Part shown: piece by piece, positions 52,962 to 62,295 of the stretch
How positions within the stretch are numbered: position 1 is the first letter of the stretch
Layout of the letters: each line of letters opens with the position of its first letter
NCBI GenBank assembly: GCA_017546705.1
Contig: JAFYSB010000008.1
Coordinates: forward strand, 4,741 to 68,740
DNA: 64,000 nucleotides
Direction: 5' to 3'
From: Paludibacteraceae bacterium
Lineage (GTDB): Bacteria > Bacteroidota > Bacteroidia > Bacteroidales > Paludibacteraceae
The notes under the pieces: generated by a model
What the model saw: the letters and a program-made list of their open reading frames with translations, nothing else
Database searches by the model: none
Told to the model about the DNA's origin: nothing
Translations under genes and position numbers: made by a program

Positions 52962-54944
52962 TTATCTTGCGCCATTGACTGCTAGCAGAAACTCGTCGTT
53001 GTCGGCAGTGCGCTCCATGTATGTCTTGAGTTTCTCCATGGCTTCCACGCTGTTCATGTCGGTGAGTTGCTTGCGAATTACCCACATGCGGTTGAGCACA
53101 TCGGCAGGCAAGAGCAAGTCGTCGCGGCGAGTAGAGGAAGCAGGGATATCCACGGCAGGGAAGATGCGTTTGTTGCTGAGTTTGCGATCCAATTGCAACT
53201 CCATATTGCCCGTACCCTTGAACTCCTCAAAGATGACGTCGTCCATTTTGCTACCAGTTTCGGTCAGTGCCGTAGCGATGATGGTCAGACTACCGCCATT
53301 CTCGATGTTGCGTGCCGCACCGAAGAAGCGCTTTGGTTTGTGCAGGGCTTGCGCCTCAACACCACCAGAGAGTACCTTGCCGCTGGCAGGAGCGACCGTA
53401 TTGTAAGCGCGCGCGAGACGCGTGATACTATCTAATAAGATAACTACATCATGGCCGCATTCCACCAATCGTTTGGCCTTCTCGTGTACGATATTAGCCA
53501 CTTTCACGTGGTTCTCAGCTGGCTCGTCAAAGGTGGATGCGATCACCTCTGCCTTCACAGAGCGAGCCATGTCGGTAACCTCCTCGGGACGCTCATCGAT
53601 GAGCAAAACGATCATATATACCTCAGGGTGGTTAGCAGCAATGGCATTGGCTATCTCCTTGAGCAGCACGGTCTTACCTGTTTTAGGTTGTGCGACAATC
53701 AGTCCGCGTTGTCCCTTGCCAATAGGCGCGAAGAGGTCGATGATGCGGACCGATAGTGCATCGCTCTTATCGCCCTTGCAGAGTTTGAATTTCTCATCGG
53801 GGAAGAGCGGTGTCAGGTTCTCGAACGCAATACGCTCTTTGGCTTGGGCAGGAGCAATGCCGTTGACGCGAATCACCTCTTTCATAGGGAAATACTTGTC
53901 CGTCTCTTTAGGAGGACGGATGGTACATTCCACCGTGTCGCCAGTCTTGAGACTGTATTGACGAATCTGCTGTTGGGATACGTAGATATCGTCAGGCGAG
54001 GAGATGTAGTTGTAGTCAGCACTGCGCAAGAATCCGTAGCCGTCGGGTGCACATTCCAATGTGCCAGTAGCTATGATCGTATTTCCAAACGCCTCGACGC
54101 CTTTCTCCAATAGTTCGTCTTCGGGTTTGATGGCGTTGGTTGGCTGAATAGGAGTGAGGTCTTCACCATTAGCTAATTGCTCTTCGCGTTTGGCAATCTG
54201 CTTGGTAATCTGCGCTATACGCGCATTGATGCGTGCTTGTTTCTCCTCTTGAGTCTCTTGCTTAGGTGCGTTATTGTTGTTGGTAGGAGCTTTGTCTGGA
54301 GCGGTGTTTTCTGCTACAGGTGCTGGCTCAGCAGCAACTGGTTGTGCGGCATTTGCCTCTGCATTTTCTGCTTTTTTTGGACGCCCTTTTTTCTTCTTCG
54401 GTTTAGCGGCAGGTGCATCGGCAGCCACTTCCTCCGTAGCAGGTGTTTCTGTCGCAACTACAGGAGCTTGTTGTTTGTTGCCTTTTTTCTTTTTAGCATT
54501 GGTCTTCTCCGTTGGGGCAGGTGCTTGCTCTTGAGTTGGGGTAGGCACTTCTGCGGCAGGCGTATCAAAAATAGTGGCTTGTGCCGATATGACCGGTTTG
54601 ATAACAGGTTGTTTGGCTTGCTCCTCTTTGATTTGTTCTAGGGTGTCTTGCTCATTACCTACAGTAGCCAACACACGGTTGCTCTTGAGATTGTCCGTGT
54701 TAACTTTGGTAGGCGCAGCTTGGATGCGTGCGCGTTTGTTGCGTTTTTTCTCTTCTCCTTTAGCTTGGCGTGCTTCCTCACGCGCTTGTACTTCCGCCCC
54801 GCGTTTGTCCGCCTGAGCATCTAAGATGTCATAAATAATAGATTGCAACGAAACACTTCGGCGCACTTTGATGCCGAATGTTTCTGCAATTTCAGTCAAC
54901 TGTTCGAGCGTCATACGCCCGAGTTTCTGCATATCGTATTGCAT
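52962..54944 (-). CDS. rho: Transcription termination factor Rho with a long N-terminal low-complexity insert
   Basis: 660 aa. Rho_N, then ~250 aa of K/A/P/E/T-rich sequence, then the CSD-like RNA-binding domain. Walker [10 protein letters not shown]-terminal ..[14 protein letters not shown].. Confidence 0.95.
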   Translation of the reverse strand: MQYDMQKLGRMTLEQLTEIAETFGIKVRRSVSLQSIIYDILDAQADKRGAEVQAREEARQAKGEEKKRNKRARIQAAPTKVNTDNLKSNRVLATVGNEQDTLEQIKEEQAKQPVIKPVISAQATIFDTPAAEVPTPTQEQAPAPTEKTNAKKKKGNKQQAPVVATETPATEEVAADAPAAKPKKKKGRPKKAENAEANAAQPVAAEPAPVAENTAPDKAPTNNNNAPKQETQEEKQARINARIAQITKQIAKREEQLANGEDLTPIQPTNAIKPEDELLEKGVEAFGNTIIATGTLECAPDGYGFLRSADYNYISSPDDIYVSQQQIRQYSLKTGDTVECTIRPPKETDKYFPMKEVIRVNGIAPAQAKERIAFENLTPLFPDEKFKLCKGDKSDALSVRIIDLFAPIGKGQRGLIVAQPKTGKTVLLKEIANAIAANHPEVYMIVLLIDERPEEVTDMARSVKAEVIASTFDEPAENHVKVANIVHEKAKRLVECGHDVVILLDSITRLARAYNTVAPASGKVLSGGVEAQALHKPKRFFGAARNIENGGSLTIIATALTETGSKMDDVIFEEFKGTGNMELQLDRKLSNKRIFPAVDIPASSTRRDDLLLPADVLNRMWVIRKQLTDMNSVEAMEKLKTYMERTADNDEFLLAVNGAR

Positions 54945-55008
54945 AAAAAATGTGTAATAAAAATTCTAGAGTTTGGGAAAAGTCTTTGTTGGTCTCACAA
55001 AGACGGTG

Positions 55009-55016
55009 CAAAGGTA
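55009..55016 (-). promoter_or_regulatory. -7 promoter box TACCTTTG for rho
   Basis: The plus strand reads CAAAGGTA, 65 nt upstream of the ATG at 54944. Confidence 0.5.
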
Positions 55017-55043
55017 GTGAAAATAAATGAATCGTGCAAATTT

Positions 55044-56321
55044 TTACAACACAATTTCTTCAAAAGTGTTGATTTTTTCCTTCTTGTATGGTCCATAGAC
55101 CTTGATATAATTGTCGGTAAAGCCCGACATTTGGTCGCCTTCTTTCTTTGACTCCCACAGTACGACTGCAGTTCTGCCAGCATGCTGCGCGTAGAAGGTT
55201 GATGTTTTTTCTTCCGATACAGCATGCAAGATTTTGCTTCTGCGTTGGCGTTCGGCTTTGGGCACTACGTAGAGGTCCAGCTCTAGCATGCGTGTGTTGG
55301 CACGTTCGGAGTAGGTGAATACATGCAATTGGCTGACGTCCAATCCCTGGATGAATGTAAGATAATCTTCCCAGCAAGCCTCTGTCTCGCCGCGCACGCC
55401 GACCATGCAATCGACGCCAATAAAGGCATGGGGCATCACCTTGCGTATATGCTGTACGCGCTCGGCAAATAGTTCGCGGGTATAGCGGCGTTTCATAATA
55501 GCAAGTACCTCATTACTACCAGATTGCAGAGGAATATGGAAATGCGGAGCAAAGTGCTTGGAGTTGGCAACGAAGTCAATAATTTCATCGGTCAGAAGGT
55601 TTGGTTCGCACGATGAGATACGAACGCGGTAATCACCATCGAGTTGGTCGAATGCTCTGAGCAAATCGATGAATTGCTCTCCTGTGCTTCGTCCGAAGTC
55701 GCCGATGTTCACTCCTGTGATAATCAGCTCTTTAGCGCCTTGGTTGAGTGCTGTTTGTGCATCTATAACTACCTCTTCGATTTTCGGATTACGCGATTTA
55801 CCGCGCGCATATGGGATGGTACAATAGGTGCAGAAATAGTTGCAACCATCCTGTACCTTGATAAAACAGCGTGTTCGATCATCTGCGGAATGTACTCCGT
55901 GAAAATCATCCACTTCGCGGATTGCTGCTACGCGGATTTTGTTCTTGGTATGTGTCTCTTGAGGAGCAGTTAGGCAGGCGTGTTTTTCGATCTCTTCGAT
56001 GAGTTGTGGAATGTCGTATTTCTCGTTTTGCCCCAACACATAGTCCACGCCATCGATTTGGCTGATTTGCTCGGGTTGCAGTTGTGCATAGCAGCCGGTC
56101 ACGACGATGGTTGCATTAGGATATTTGCGATGGAGTTGATTGATTGCTTGACGGTCTTTATGATCAGCAGCATCGGTGACGCTACACGTGTTCACCACGC
56201 AGACATCTGGCACTTCGTTGAGTGTGGCACGCTGATGACCGCGCAACAAAAGCTCTTTGCCGAGAGCGCTACTCTCGGCAAAGTTTAATTTACATCCTAA
56301 TGTTACAAATCTTATCTTCAC
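55044..56321 (-). CDS. mtaB: tRNA t6A37 methylthiotransferase MtaB (radical SAM)
   Basis: 425 aa. N-terminal MTTase Cys pattern (GCKLN..C...NTCSVT). Radical SAM CNYFCTYC. TRAM-like C-terminus. Confidence 0.8.
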   Translation of the reverse strand: MKIRFVTLGCKLNFAESSALGKELLLRGHQRATLNEVPDVCVVNTCSVTDAADHKDRQAINQLHRKYPNATIVVTGCYAQLQPEQISQIDGVDYVLGQNEKYDIPQLIEEIEKHACLTAPQETHTKNKIRVAAIREVDDFHGVHSADDRTRCFIKVQDGCNYFCTYCTIPYARGKSRNPKIEEVVIDAQTALNQGAKELIITGVNIGDFGRSTGEQFIDLLRAFDQLDGDYRVRISSCEPNLLTDEIIDFVANSKHFAPHFHIPLQSGSNEVLAIMKRRYTRELFAERVQHIRKVMPHAFIGVDCMVGVRGETEACWEDYLTFIQGLDVSQLHVFTYSERANTRMLELDLYVVPKAERQRRSKILHAVSEEKTSTFYAQHAGRTAVVLWESKKEGDQMSGFTDNYIKVYGPYKKEKINTFEEIVL

Positions 56322-56356
56322 TGTTAATGCGTCCCCTGAAAGGAGGTAGGAGCGTC

Positions 56357-56518
56357 TTATTCGCCCTCAGAGAACTCGTCTTTGCCAACACCACAGAGTG
56401 GGCAAACAAAATCTGCTGGCACATCTTCCCATGCTGTTCCTGGAGCAATACCTGCCTCTTCTACACCTAATGCTGGGTCATACTCCCAACCACATACATC
56501 ACAAATATACTTTTTCAT
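56357..56518 (-). CDS. Rubredoxin
   Basis: 53-aa ORF below the ORF-track size cutoff: [53 protein letters not shown], with the CxxC...CPxCG pair. Confidence 0.85.
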   Translation of the reverse strand: MKKYICDVCGWEYDPALGVEEAGIAPGTAWEDVPADFVCPLCGVGKDEFSEGE

Positions 56519-56572
56519 TGTTTTACTATTTTAATTGTTAATATTTGATTCTCACCTCAATTAGTACAAAAA

Positions 56573-57109
56573 TCATGCCATAGTGCTTAGTTTTCGCAAT
56601 TCTGTAGAAGAAATATCAAAATACGGTGCATCCTTCATGAATATTATATTCGGATGATTGATATTTGTTAGTTGTTTACTACTAGCTGTTCCTCGTCGGG
56701 GATAAACGAAAATGCGATAATTATCTAGAATATATTGGTATTCACGCCATTTATCGAAGATGTGTAAGTTGTCTTCTCCGATGATGAGGGTGAAATGGTG
56801 GTCAGGATATGCAGTTTGCAATGCTCGCAACGTGTTGGCGGTGTAAGTTGGGCGCGGTAGGTGAAATTCAAAATCTGATACCACAATTCTCTTTGCTATC
56901 GCCTCGTTTCCTAATTGCTTAATCGCCTCTTTTGCCTTGTGCAATCGCTCTTGTTCATCGGCTAGTATGCTCTTGTCCTTCAATGGGTTGTTGGGCGATA
57001 CCATCATCCATACTTCGTCCAAATCGGTGTGCTCGACCACCCATTTTACCAATCCGATATGTCCAAAGTGTATCGGATTGAATGATCCGCCGTAGATGCC
57101 AATTCGCAT
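56573..57109 (-). CDS. nadD: Nicotinate-nucleotide adenylyltransferase
   Basis: 178 aa. GGSFNPIHFGH, and ISSTELR near the C-terminus. Confidence 0.9.
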   Translation of the reverse strand: MRIGIYGGSFNPIHFGHIGLVKWVVEHTDLDEVWMMVSPNNPLKDKSILADEQERLHKAKEAIKQLGNEAIAKRIVVSDFEFHLPRPTYTANTLRALQTAYPDHHFTLIIGEDNLHIFDKWREYQYILDNYRIFVYPRRGTASSKQLTNINHPNIIFMKDAPYFDISSTELRKLSTMA

Positions 57110-57118
57110 AAATCAACT

Positions 57119-57673
57119 CTACTGTTTGATTAACTCATCAAGTGCTTTTTTAGCAGTAGCCAGATTATCGTTGATGATAATGTGGTCGAAATGTGGTGCA
57201 TCTGCCATCTCTATTTCGGCTTTTGCAAGGCGTTTTTGAATCATTTCTTCGCTGGTATCTCCGCGTCCGTGTAGGCGGCGTGATAACTCCTCTACCGATG
57301 GTGGCGCGATGAAGATGGACAGTGCAGCATCACCAAAGATACGTTTGAGGTTGATGCCACCTTTTACATCAATATCAAATACAATGGTGCGTCCCGCAGA
57401 CTGAATACGATCAATCTCTGCCTTCAGAGTGCCATAATAGAGCCCCTCATACACTTGCTCGTACTCGACAAAATCATTGTTGCGGATATGTTGCTCAAAC
57501 TCCTGTAACGAGATGAAATAATACTCTTTGCCATGTTGCTCTTGCCCGCGTGGAGCTCGCGTAGTGGCAGAGATAGACAACTCATACTTGCCAGGATAAG
57601 TTTCCAACAAGTGTCTGACCATAGTCGATTTGCCCGAACCGCTGGGCGCACAAAGAATGATAATGTTTGCCAT
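57119..57673 (-). CDS. gmk: Guanylate kinase
   Basis: 184 aa. P-loop APSGSGKST, ISATTRAPR, EYEQVYEGLYYGT. Confidence 0.9.
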   Translation of the reverse strand: MANIIILCAPSGSGKSTMVRHLLETYPGKYELSISATTRAPRGQEQHGKEYYFISLQEFEQHIRNNDFVEYEQVYEGLYYGTLKAEIDRIQSAGRTIVFDIDVKGGINLKRIFGDAALSIFIAPPSVEELSRRLHGRGDTSEEMIQKRLAKAEIEMADAPHFDHIIINDNLATAKKALDELIKQ

Positions 57674-57783
57674 TGAAAAATATTTGATTTACAATTTCGG
57701 TACAAAATTACATAAAATTTTCGAATTACACAACATCGGCATAAAAAACAATATTATTTTTTGGTTATTTTCTATTTTTTTTG

Positions 57784-57791
57784 TACCTTTG
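57784..57791 (+). promoter_or_regulatory. -7 promoter box TACCTTTG for the DUF2723 gene
   Basis: Context ttttttttgTACCTTTGcaccc, 54 nt upstream of the ATG at 57845. Confidence 0.55.
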
Positions 57792-57844
57792 CACCCAAAT
57801 TGCTGAAATATGTGCCTTATGGCACGCTGAATAAATAGAATAAA

Positions 57845-60800
57845 ATGAAAAAATTCAAACTGTGGAATGCGGTTTGCGGTTGGCTTGTGTTTGCGATTGC
57901 CGCTGCAACCTATCTTTTGACGATGGAGCCAACAGCCTCATTTTGGGACTGTGGCGAGTTTATTGTAAGTGCCCATAAATTGGACGTAGGTCACCCACCC
58001 GGAGCACCATTCTTTATGCTCTTAGGTCATTTCTTCTCGCTGTTTGCGAGTGATACGGCTCATGTGGCGATGTGCGTGAATGCCCTTTCGGCATTGGCTT
58101 CTGCATTTACTATCCTATTCCTTTTTTGGACGATCACCGCTCTTGGACGCAAGTTGGTACAACCAACCAACCTCGCCAAAGGCATTGCTCTGCTGGGTGC
58201 GGGTGTTGTAGGTGCATTGGCATACACATTCTCTGACACGTTTTGGTTCTCAGCAGTGGAAGGTGAGGTATATGCATTGTCGTCCTTGTTTACAGCAGTG
58301 GTGTTCTGGCTTATCTTGAAATGGGACGAACACGCGGACGAAGAAGGATCGGATAAGTGGCTGATTCTCATAGCCTATCTTATGGGTTTGAGTATTGGTA
58401 CGCACTTGTTGAACTTGCTGACTATTCCTGCTATCGTGTTGGTCTATTACTTCCGTCGTCACGATTTCTCATGGAAGGGAGTATGCGCAGCTTTCGGTGT
58501 ATCAGTGGCTATTCTCGCAATAATCTTATATGGTATTATCCCAGGTGTGCCAACTATCGCAGGATGGTTTGAGTTGTTGTTTACGAATGTGTTAGGTTGT
58601 CCGTTCAATACGGGATTGGCAGTCTATCTGGTGCTGATGGTAGGTGCATTGGTATGGGCAATATGGGAAAGTTACAAGGTTATTGAAACCGAAGAAACTA
58701 TCAACACTCGCACTATCATCTCCTTTGTATTGGCGATGGCGTTTGCTGGTGTGCCATTCATCAAAGAGAGTGCTGTGATAGGAATTGTGCTGATTATCAC
58801 AATGTTGGTTGTACTGTTCTTGAAGAAAGATGTTATTCCCGCACGTTGGTTGAATACCATTGCTATGATGGTGACTGTGGTGGTGATTGGCTATGCTAGC
58901 TATGCAGCGATTGTGATTCGTTCGTCGGCAGATACGCCAATGGATCAAAACTCTCCTGATAATGTCTTCTCGCTGAAATACTACCTCAACCGTGAGCAGT
59001 ATGGTGACACACCATTGTTCTACGGACAGACGTACAATGCTCCTGTGAAACTTGATGTGAAGGGCAATATGTGTGTACCTGTCGAGAAGCAAGGTCATGC
59101 GCAGTATGCTCCTGCACCAGCTGGGCAAAAAGACCGCTATGTGGTAACTGGGTACAAGTCGAGCTACGAATACATGGACGAGTTTAAGATGCTCTTCCCA
59201 CGTATGCACTCTGGACAACAGCACCATGTGGATGCTTACAAGTCTTGGGCGAATGTTAAAGGCAAGAAAGTGCGCTATGACTACTGCGGACAAACAAAAA
59301 CGGATTATTGCCCAACTTTTGGTGAGAACCTCCGCTTCTTCTTTAGTTATCAGGTAAACTTTATGTATTGGCGTTACTTCATGTGGAACTTCGCTGGTCG
59401 TCAAAACGACCTCCAGTCGCATGGAGAAATTACTAAAGGACAATGGATTTCTGGTATTCCGTTTATTGATAATGCTTTGTATGGTGACCAAAGCAAATTG
59501 CCATCGGAGCTCCGTGAGAATAAGGGACATAATGTGTATTATTTCCTCCCTCTTATTCTTGGTTTGATTGGTTTGTGCTGGCAATTAGGTAAGCGCCAGA
59601 ACGAAGGTAAGAACAAGGAAGGCTATCGCTCTTTCGCGATTGTATTCCTGCTTTTCTTCCTTACAGGTTTGGCTATTGTGGTATATCTTAACCAAACACC
59701 TTATCAACCACGTGAGCGCGACTACGCGTACGCGGGATCATTCTATGCATTCTGCATTTGGATTGGACTGGGTGTGATGTCGCTTGTAGATATGCTCAAC
59801 CGCGTGGTGAAGAACGATAAGGTACGTGTTGCGATGGCTGCGGCTGTTGTGCTCGTTACGCTACTTGTTCCTGCACAAATGGCTTCGCAAAACTGGGATG
59901 ACCACGATCGTTCAAACCGCTATGCCGCACGTGACTTCGGTGCGAACTATTTGAAATCATGTGATAAAGAAGCGATTATATTCTGCAATGGTGATAATGA
60001 TACCTTCCCACTGTGGTACAACCTGGAGGTAGAGCAAGAGCGCGATGATGTGCGTGCTTGTAACTTGTCGTACCTGCAAACTGATTGGTATATTAGTCAG
60101 ATGAAGCGACCATACTACAACTCGCCAGGCTTACCAATATCATGGGAGTATAAAGACTTTATGCCAGGCAAGAACGAAGTAGTATGGGTTGAGAACCGCC
60201 TTAATGCCCCATTGGAGGTAAAGAAAGCATTCCAATTCTTGCACTCGAATGACCCACGTACAAAACGCGATGGCGAAGGATATATTCCAAGTGATCAGTT
60301 GTATGTGTTATCTCCTGATAGTCAGAAGATTAATTTTAAGAAAGCCAAACGCTTTACTCGCTCCGAAATGATGGTGATGGAGATGCTTTCAACTAACGAA
60401 TGGCAACGTCCAATCTATTTCGCTGTGACTATAGGTAGCGACTATCACTTGGGTCTTGATCCATATTTGGAACTCACTGGTTTGGCATATCGTATTACGC
60501 CAGAGCGTAGCAAAGATGGACGTCCTCGCGTGAATACAGAGGTGATGTATGATAATATGCTGCACAAGTTCAAATACGGTAATATGAATATTCCAGGCAT
60601 CTATATTGATGAGAATACGATGCGTATGTGTCGCACCCATCGTATGATGTTTATGGAGCTTGTTGAGGCGCTTTATAACGAGGGTAAGCACGATAAGTGC
60701 CTTGAGACATTGGATTTTGCTGAGAAGATGTTGCCTGGTTATAATATCCCATACGACTATACTTCTGCGACTATGGCTTCTTACTACTATCAGTTGGGCG

Positions 60801-61027
60801 AGATGGAGAAGGGTAATGCTATTATGACAAAGGTAGCAGATAATTGTGCCGAATACTTGGCATGGGGAGCGTCGTTAGATAAGGAGCATCGCGCTTCCTC
60901 ACAATCCACTACTGGACACTATATGGCAGTGATGGGGTATGTGCTCCAGAACTTTGAGCGTTACCAACAAAAAGAATTGTTTAACCATTACTACGATATT
61001 TACGTGCAATATGCTTCCATGCGATAA
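57845..61027 (+). CDS. DUF2723-family large integral membrane protein (glycosyltransferase-like)
   Basis: 1060 aa. N-terminus ...TMEPTASFWDCGEFIVSAHKLDVGHPPGAPFF is typical of DUF2723. More than 10 TM helices and a large soluble C-terminal domain. Confidence 0.75.
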   Translation: MKKFKLWNAVCGWLVFAIAAATYLLTMEPTASFWDCGEFIVSAHKLDVGHPPGAPFFMLLGHFFSLFASDTAHVAMCVNALSALASAFTILFLFWTITALGRKLVQPTNLAKGIALLGAGVVGALAYTFSDTFWFSAVEGEVYALSSLFTAVVFWLILKWDEHADEEGSDKWLILIAYLMGLSIGTHLLNLLTIPAIVLVYYFRRHDFSWKGVCAAFGVSVAILAIILYGIIPGVPTIAGWFELLFTNVLGCPFNTGLAVYLVLMVGALVWAIWESYKVIETEETINTRTIISFVLAMAFAGVPFIKESAVIGIVLIITMLVVLFLKKDVIPARWLNTIAMMVTVVVIGYASYAAIVIRSSADTPMDQNSPDNVFSLKYYLNREQYGDTPLFYGQTYNAPVKLDVKGNMCVPVEKQGHAQYAPAPAGQKDRYVVTGYKSSYEYMDEFKMLFPRMHSGQQHHVDAYKSWANVKGKKVRYDYCGQTKTDYCPTFGENLRFFFSYQVNFMYWRYFMWNFAGRQNDLQSHGEITKGQWISGIPFIDNALYGDQSKLPSELRENKGHNVYYFLPLILGLIGLCWQLGKRQNEGKNKEGYRSFAIVFLLFFLTGLAIVVYLNQTPYQPRERDYAYAGSFYAFCIWIGLGVMSLVDMLNRVVKNDKVRVAMAAAVVLVTLLVPAQMASQNWDDHDRSNRYAARDFGANYLKSCDKEAIIFCNGDNDTFPLWYNLEVEQERDDVRACNLSYLQTDWYISQMKRPYYNSPGLPISWEYKDFMPGKNEVVWVENRLNAPLEVKKAFQFLHSNDPRTKRDGEGYIPSDQLYVLSPDSQKINFKKAKRFTRSEMMVMEMLSTNEWQRPIYFAVTIGSDYHLGLDPYLELTGLAYRITPERSKDGRPRVNTEVMYDNMLHKFKYGNMNIPGIYIDENTMRMCRTHRMMFMELVEALYNEGKHDKCLETLDFAEKMLPGYNIPYDYTSATMASYYYQLGEMEKGNAIMTKVADNCAEYLAWGASLDKEHRASSQSTTGHYMAVMGYVLQNFERYQQKELFNHYYDIYVQYASMR

Positions 61028-62237
61028 TATACCAGTTTTGCTGCTAACGGGTTATCTCGGTAGCGGCAAAACTACTCTTCTTAATCGTATCCTCTCTAAT
61101 AGGAAGGGGATACGATTTGCTGTAATAGTCAATGATATAGGTGAAGTAAATATCGATGCTACGCTCATTCAGAAGGGTGGAGTAGTAGCGCAACAAGACG
61201 ATAACCTCATTGCCTTGCAAAATGGTTGTATTTGCTGTTCGCTGAAGATGGACCTTATCCAACAACTCCGTGACCTCTGTGCAGCAAATGCCTTCGATTA
61301 CATCGTTATCGAAGCTTCGGGAATATGCGAACCAGCACCTATTGCGCAGACGATTGCGTCTTACGCATCAATGGTTCCTGCTTCTTCTGCACCAGTACCC
61401 CAACTTGATGCTGTAGTATCTGTGGTTGATGCGCTTCGCTTGCGCGATGAGTTCGTTGAGAAATTGTCTGACACGTCCGACCAGTCTGACCTCTCACAAC
61501 TCGTGATCAACCAAATTGAATTCTGCAACTTAATATTATTAAATAAGGTGTCAATGGTAAGCGAAGATGAGCGAGAGCATATTCGTGCAATCATCCGCGC
61601 CATTCAGCCCAAGGCTAACATAATTGACTGCGATTATTGCGATGTACCTTTTGCTGAGATTCTAGATACTAATCTCTTTGATTTCGAGCAAGTTGCCACT
61701 TCTGCTACTTGGATACAGAAGGTGGAAGGCAATGTGGAGGAAGAACATGGTCATAAGCATCATGAGCATCATGAGCATGGTGAGCATTGTCATTGTCATC
61801 ATCATGACCATGATCACGAGTGCGATGACCCTGATTGTTGCTGCCATCATCACCACCATAATCATGGTGATGAATATGGTATTTCTACCTTCGTGTATTA
61901 TCGTCGTGAGCCAATGAGTTTGAATCGATTTGATGAGTTTGTAGCTCGCCATTGGGATAAAGGTATTATTCGTTGCAAGGGCATGTGCTATTTCGAGGAG
62001 GAGTACGATATGTGCTATCTTTTTGAGCAAGCGGGTAAGCAATTCGACCTCAAGCAGGCAGGTGCTTTCTATGCTACCATGCCCGAAGAGGAACTCATGC
62101 AGATGATGGCGCAAGATCCTATGCTGCAACGCGATTGGGATGAACGATATGGCGACCGTATGCAGAAACTTGTCTTTATCGGTCAAAACATGAATCGTGA
62201 TGCGATCACCAAGGCATTAGATGATTGCTTGGTATAG
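61011..62237 (+). CDS. COG0523/CobW-family GTPase metallochaperone with a His/Cys-rich insert
   Basis: Start chosen at MLPCDNIPVLLLTGYLGSGKTTLL (17-nt overlap with the upstream gene). CxCC motif NGCICCS. HGHKHHEHHEHGEHCHCHHHDHDHECDDPDCCCHHHHHNH. Confidence 0.8.
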   Translation: MLPCDNIPVLLLTGYLGSGKTTLLNRILSNRKGIRFAVIVNDIGEVNIDATLIQKGGVVAQQDDNLIALQNGCICCSLKMDLIQQLRDLCAANAFDYIVIEASGICEPAPIAQTIASYASMVPASSAPVPQLDAVVSVVDALRLRDEFVEKLSDTSDQSDLSQLVINQIEFCNLILLNKVSMVSEDEREHIRAIIRAIQPKANIIDCDYCDVPFAEILDTNLFDFEQVATSATWIQKVEGNVEEEHGHKHHEHHEHGEHCHCHHHDHDHECDDPDCCCHHHHHNHGDEYGISTFVYYRREPMSLNRFDEFVARHWDKGIIRCKGMCYFEEEYDMCYLFEQAGKQFDLKQAGAFYATMPEEELMQMMAQDPMLQRDWDERYGDRMQKLVFIGQNMNRDAITKALDDCLV

Positions 62238-62247
62238 TCTAACAATA

Positions 62248-62279
62248 AACAAGCGCGAACCATTGAGTTCGCGCTTGTT
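62248..62279. terminator. Bidirectional terminator hairpin between convergent genes
   Basis: AACAAGCGCGAAC-cattga-GTTCGCGCTTGTT. Confidence 0.8.
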
Positions 62280-62295
62280 GGTTAATTCTCATAAG

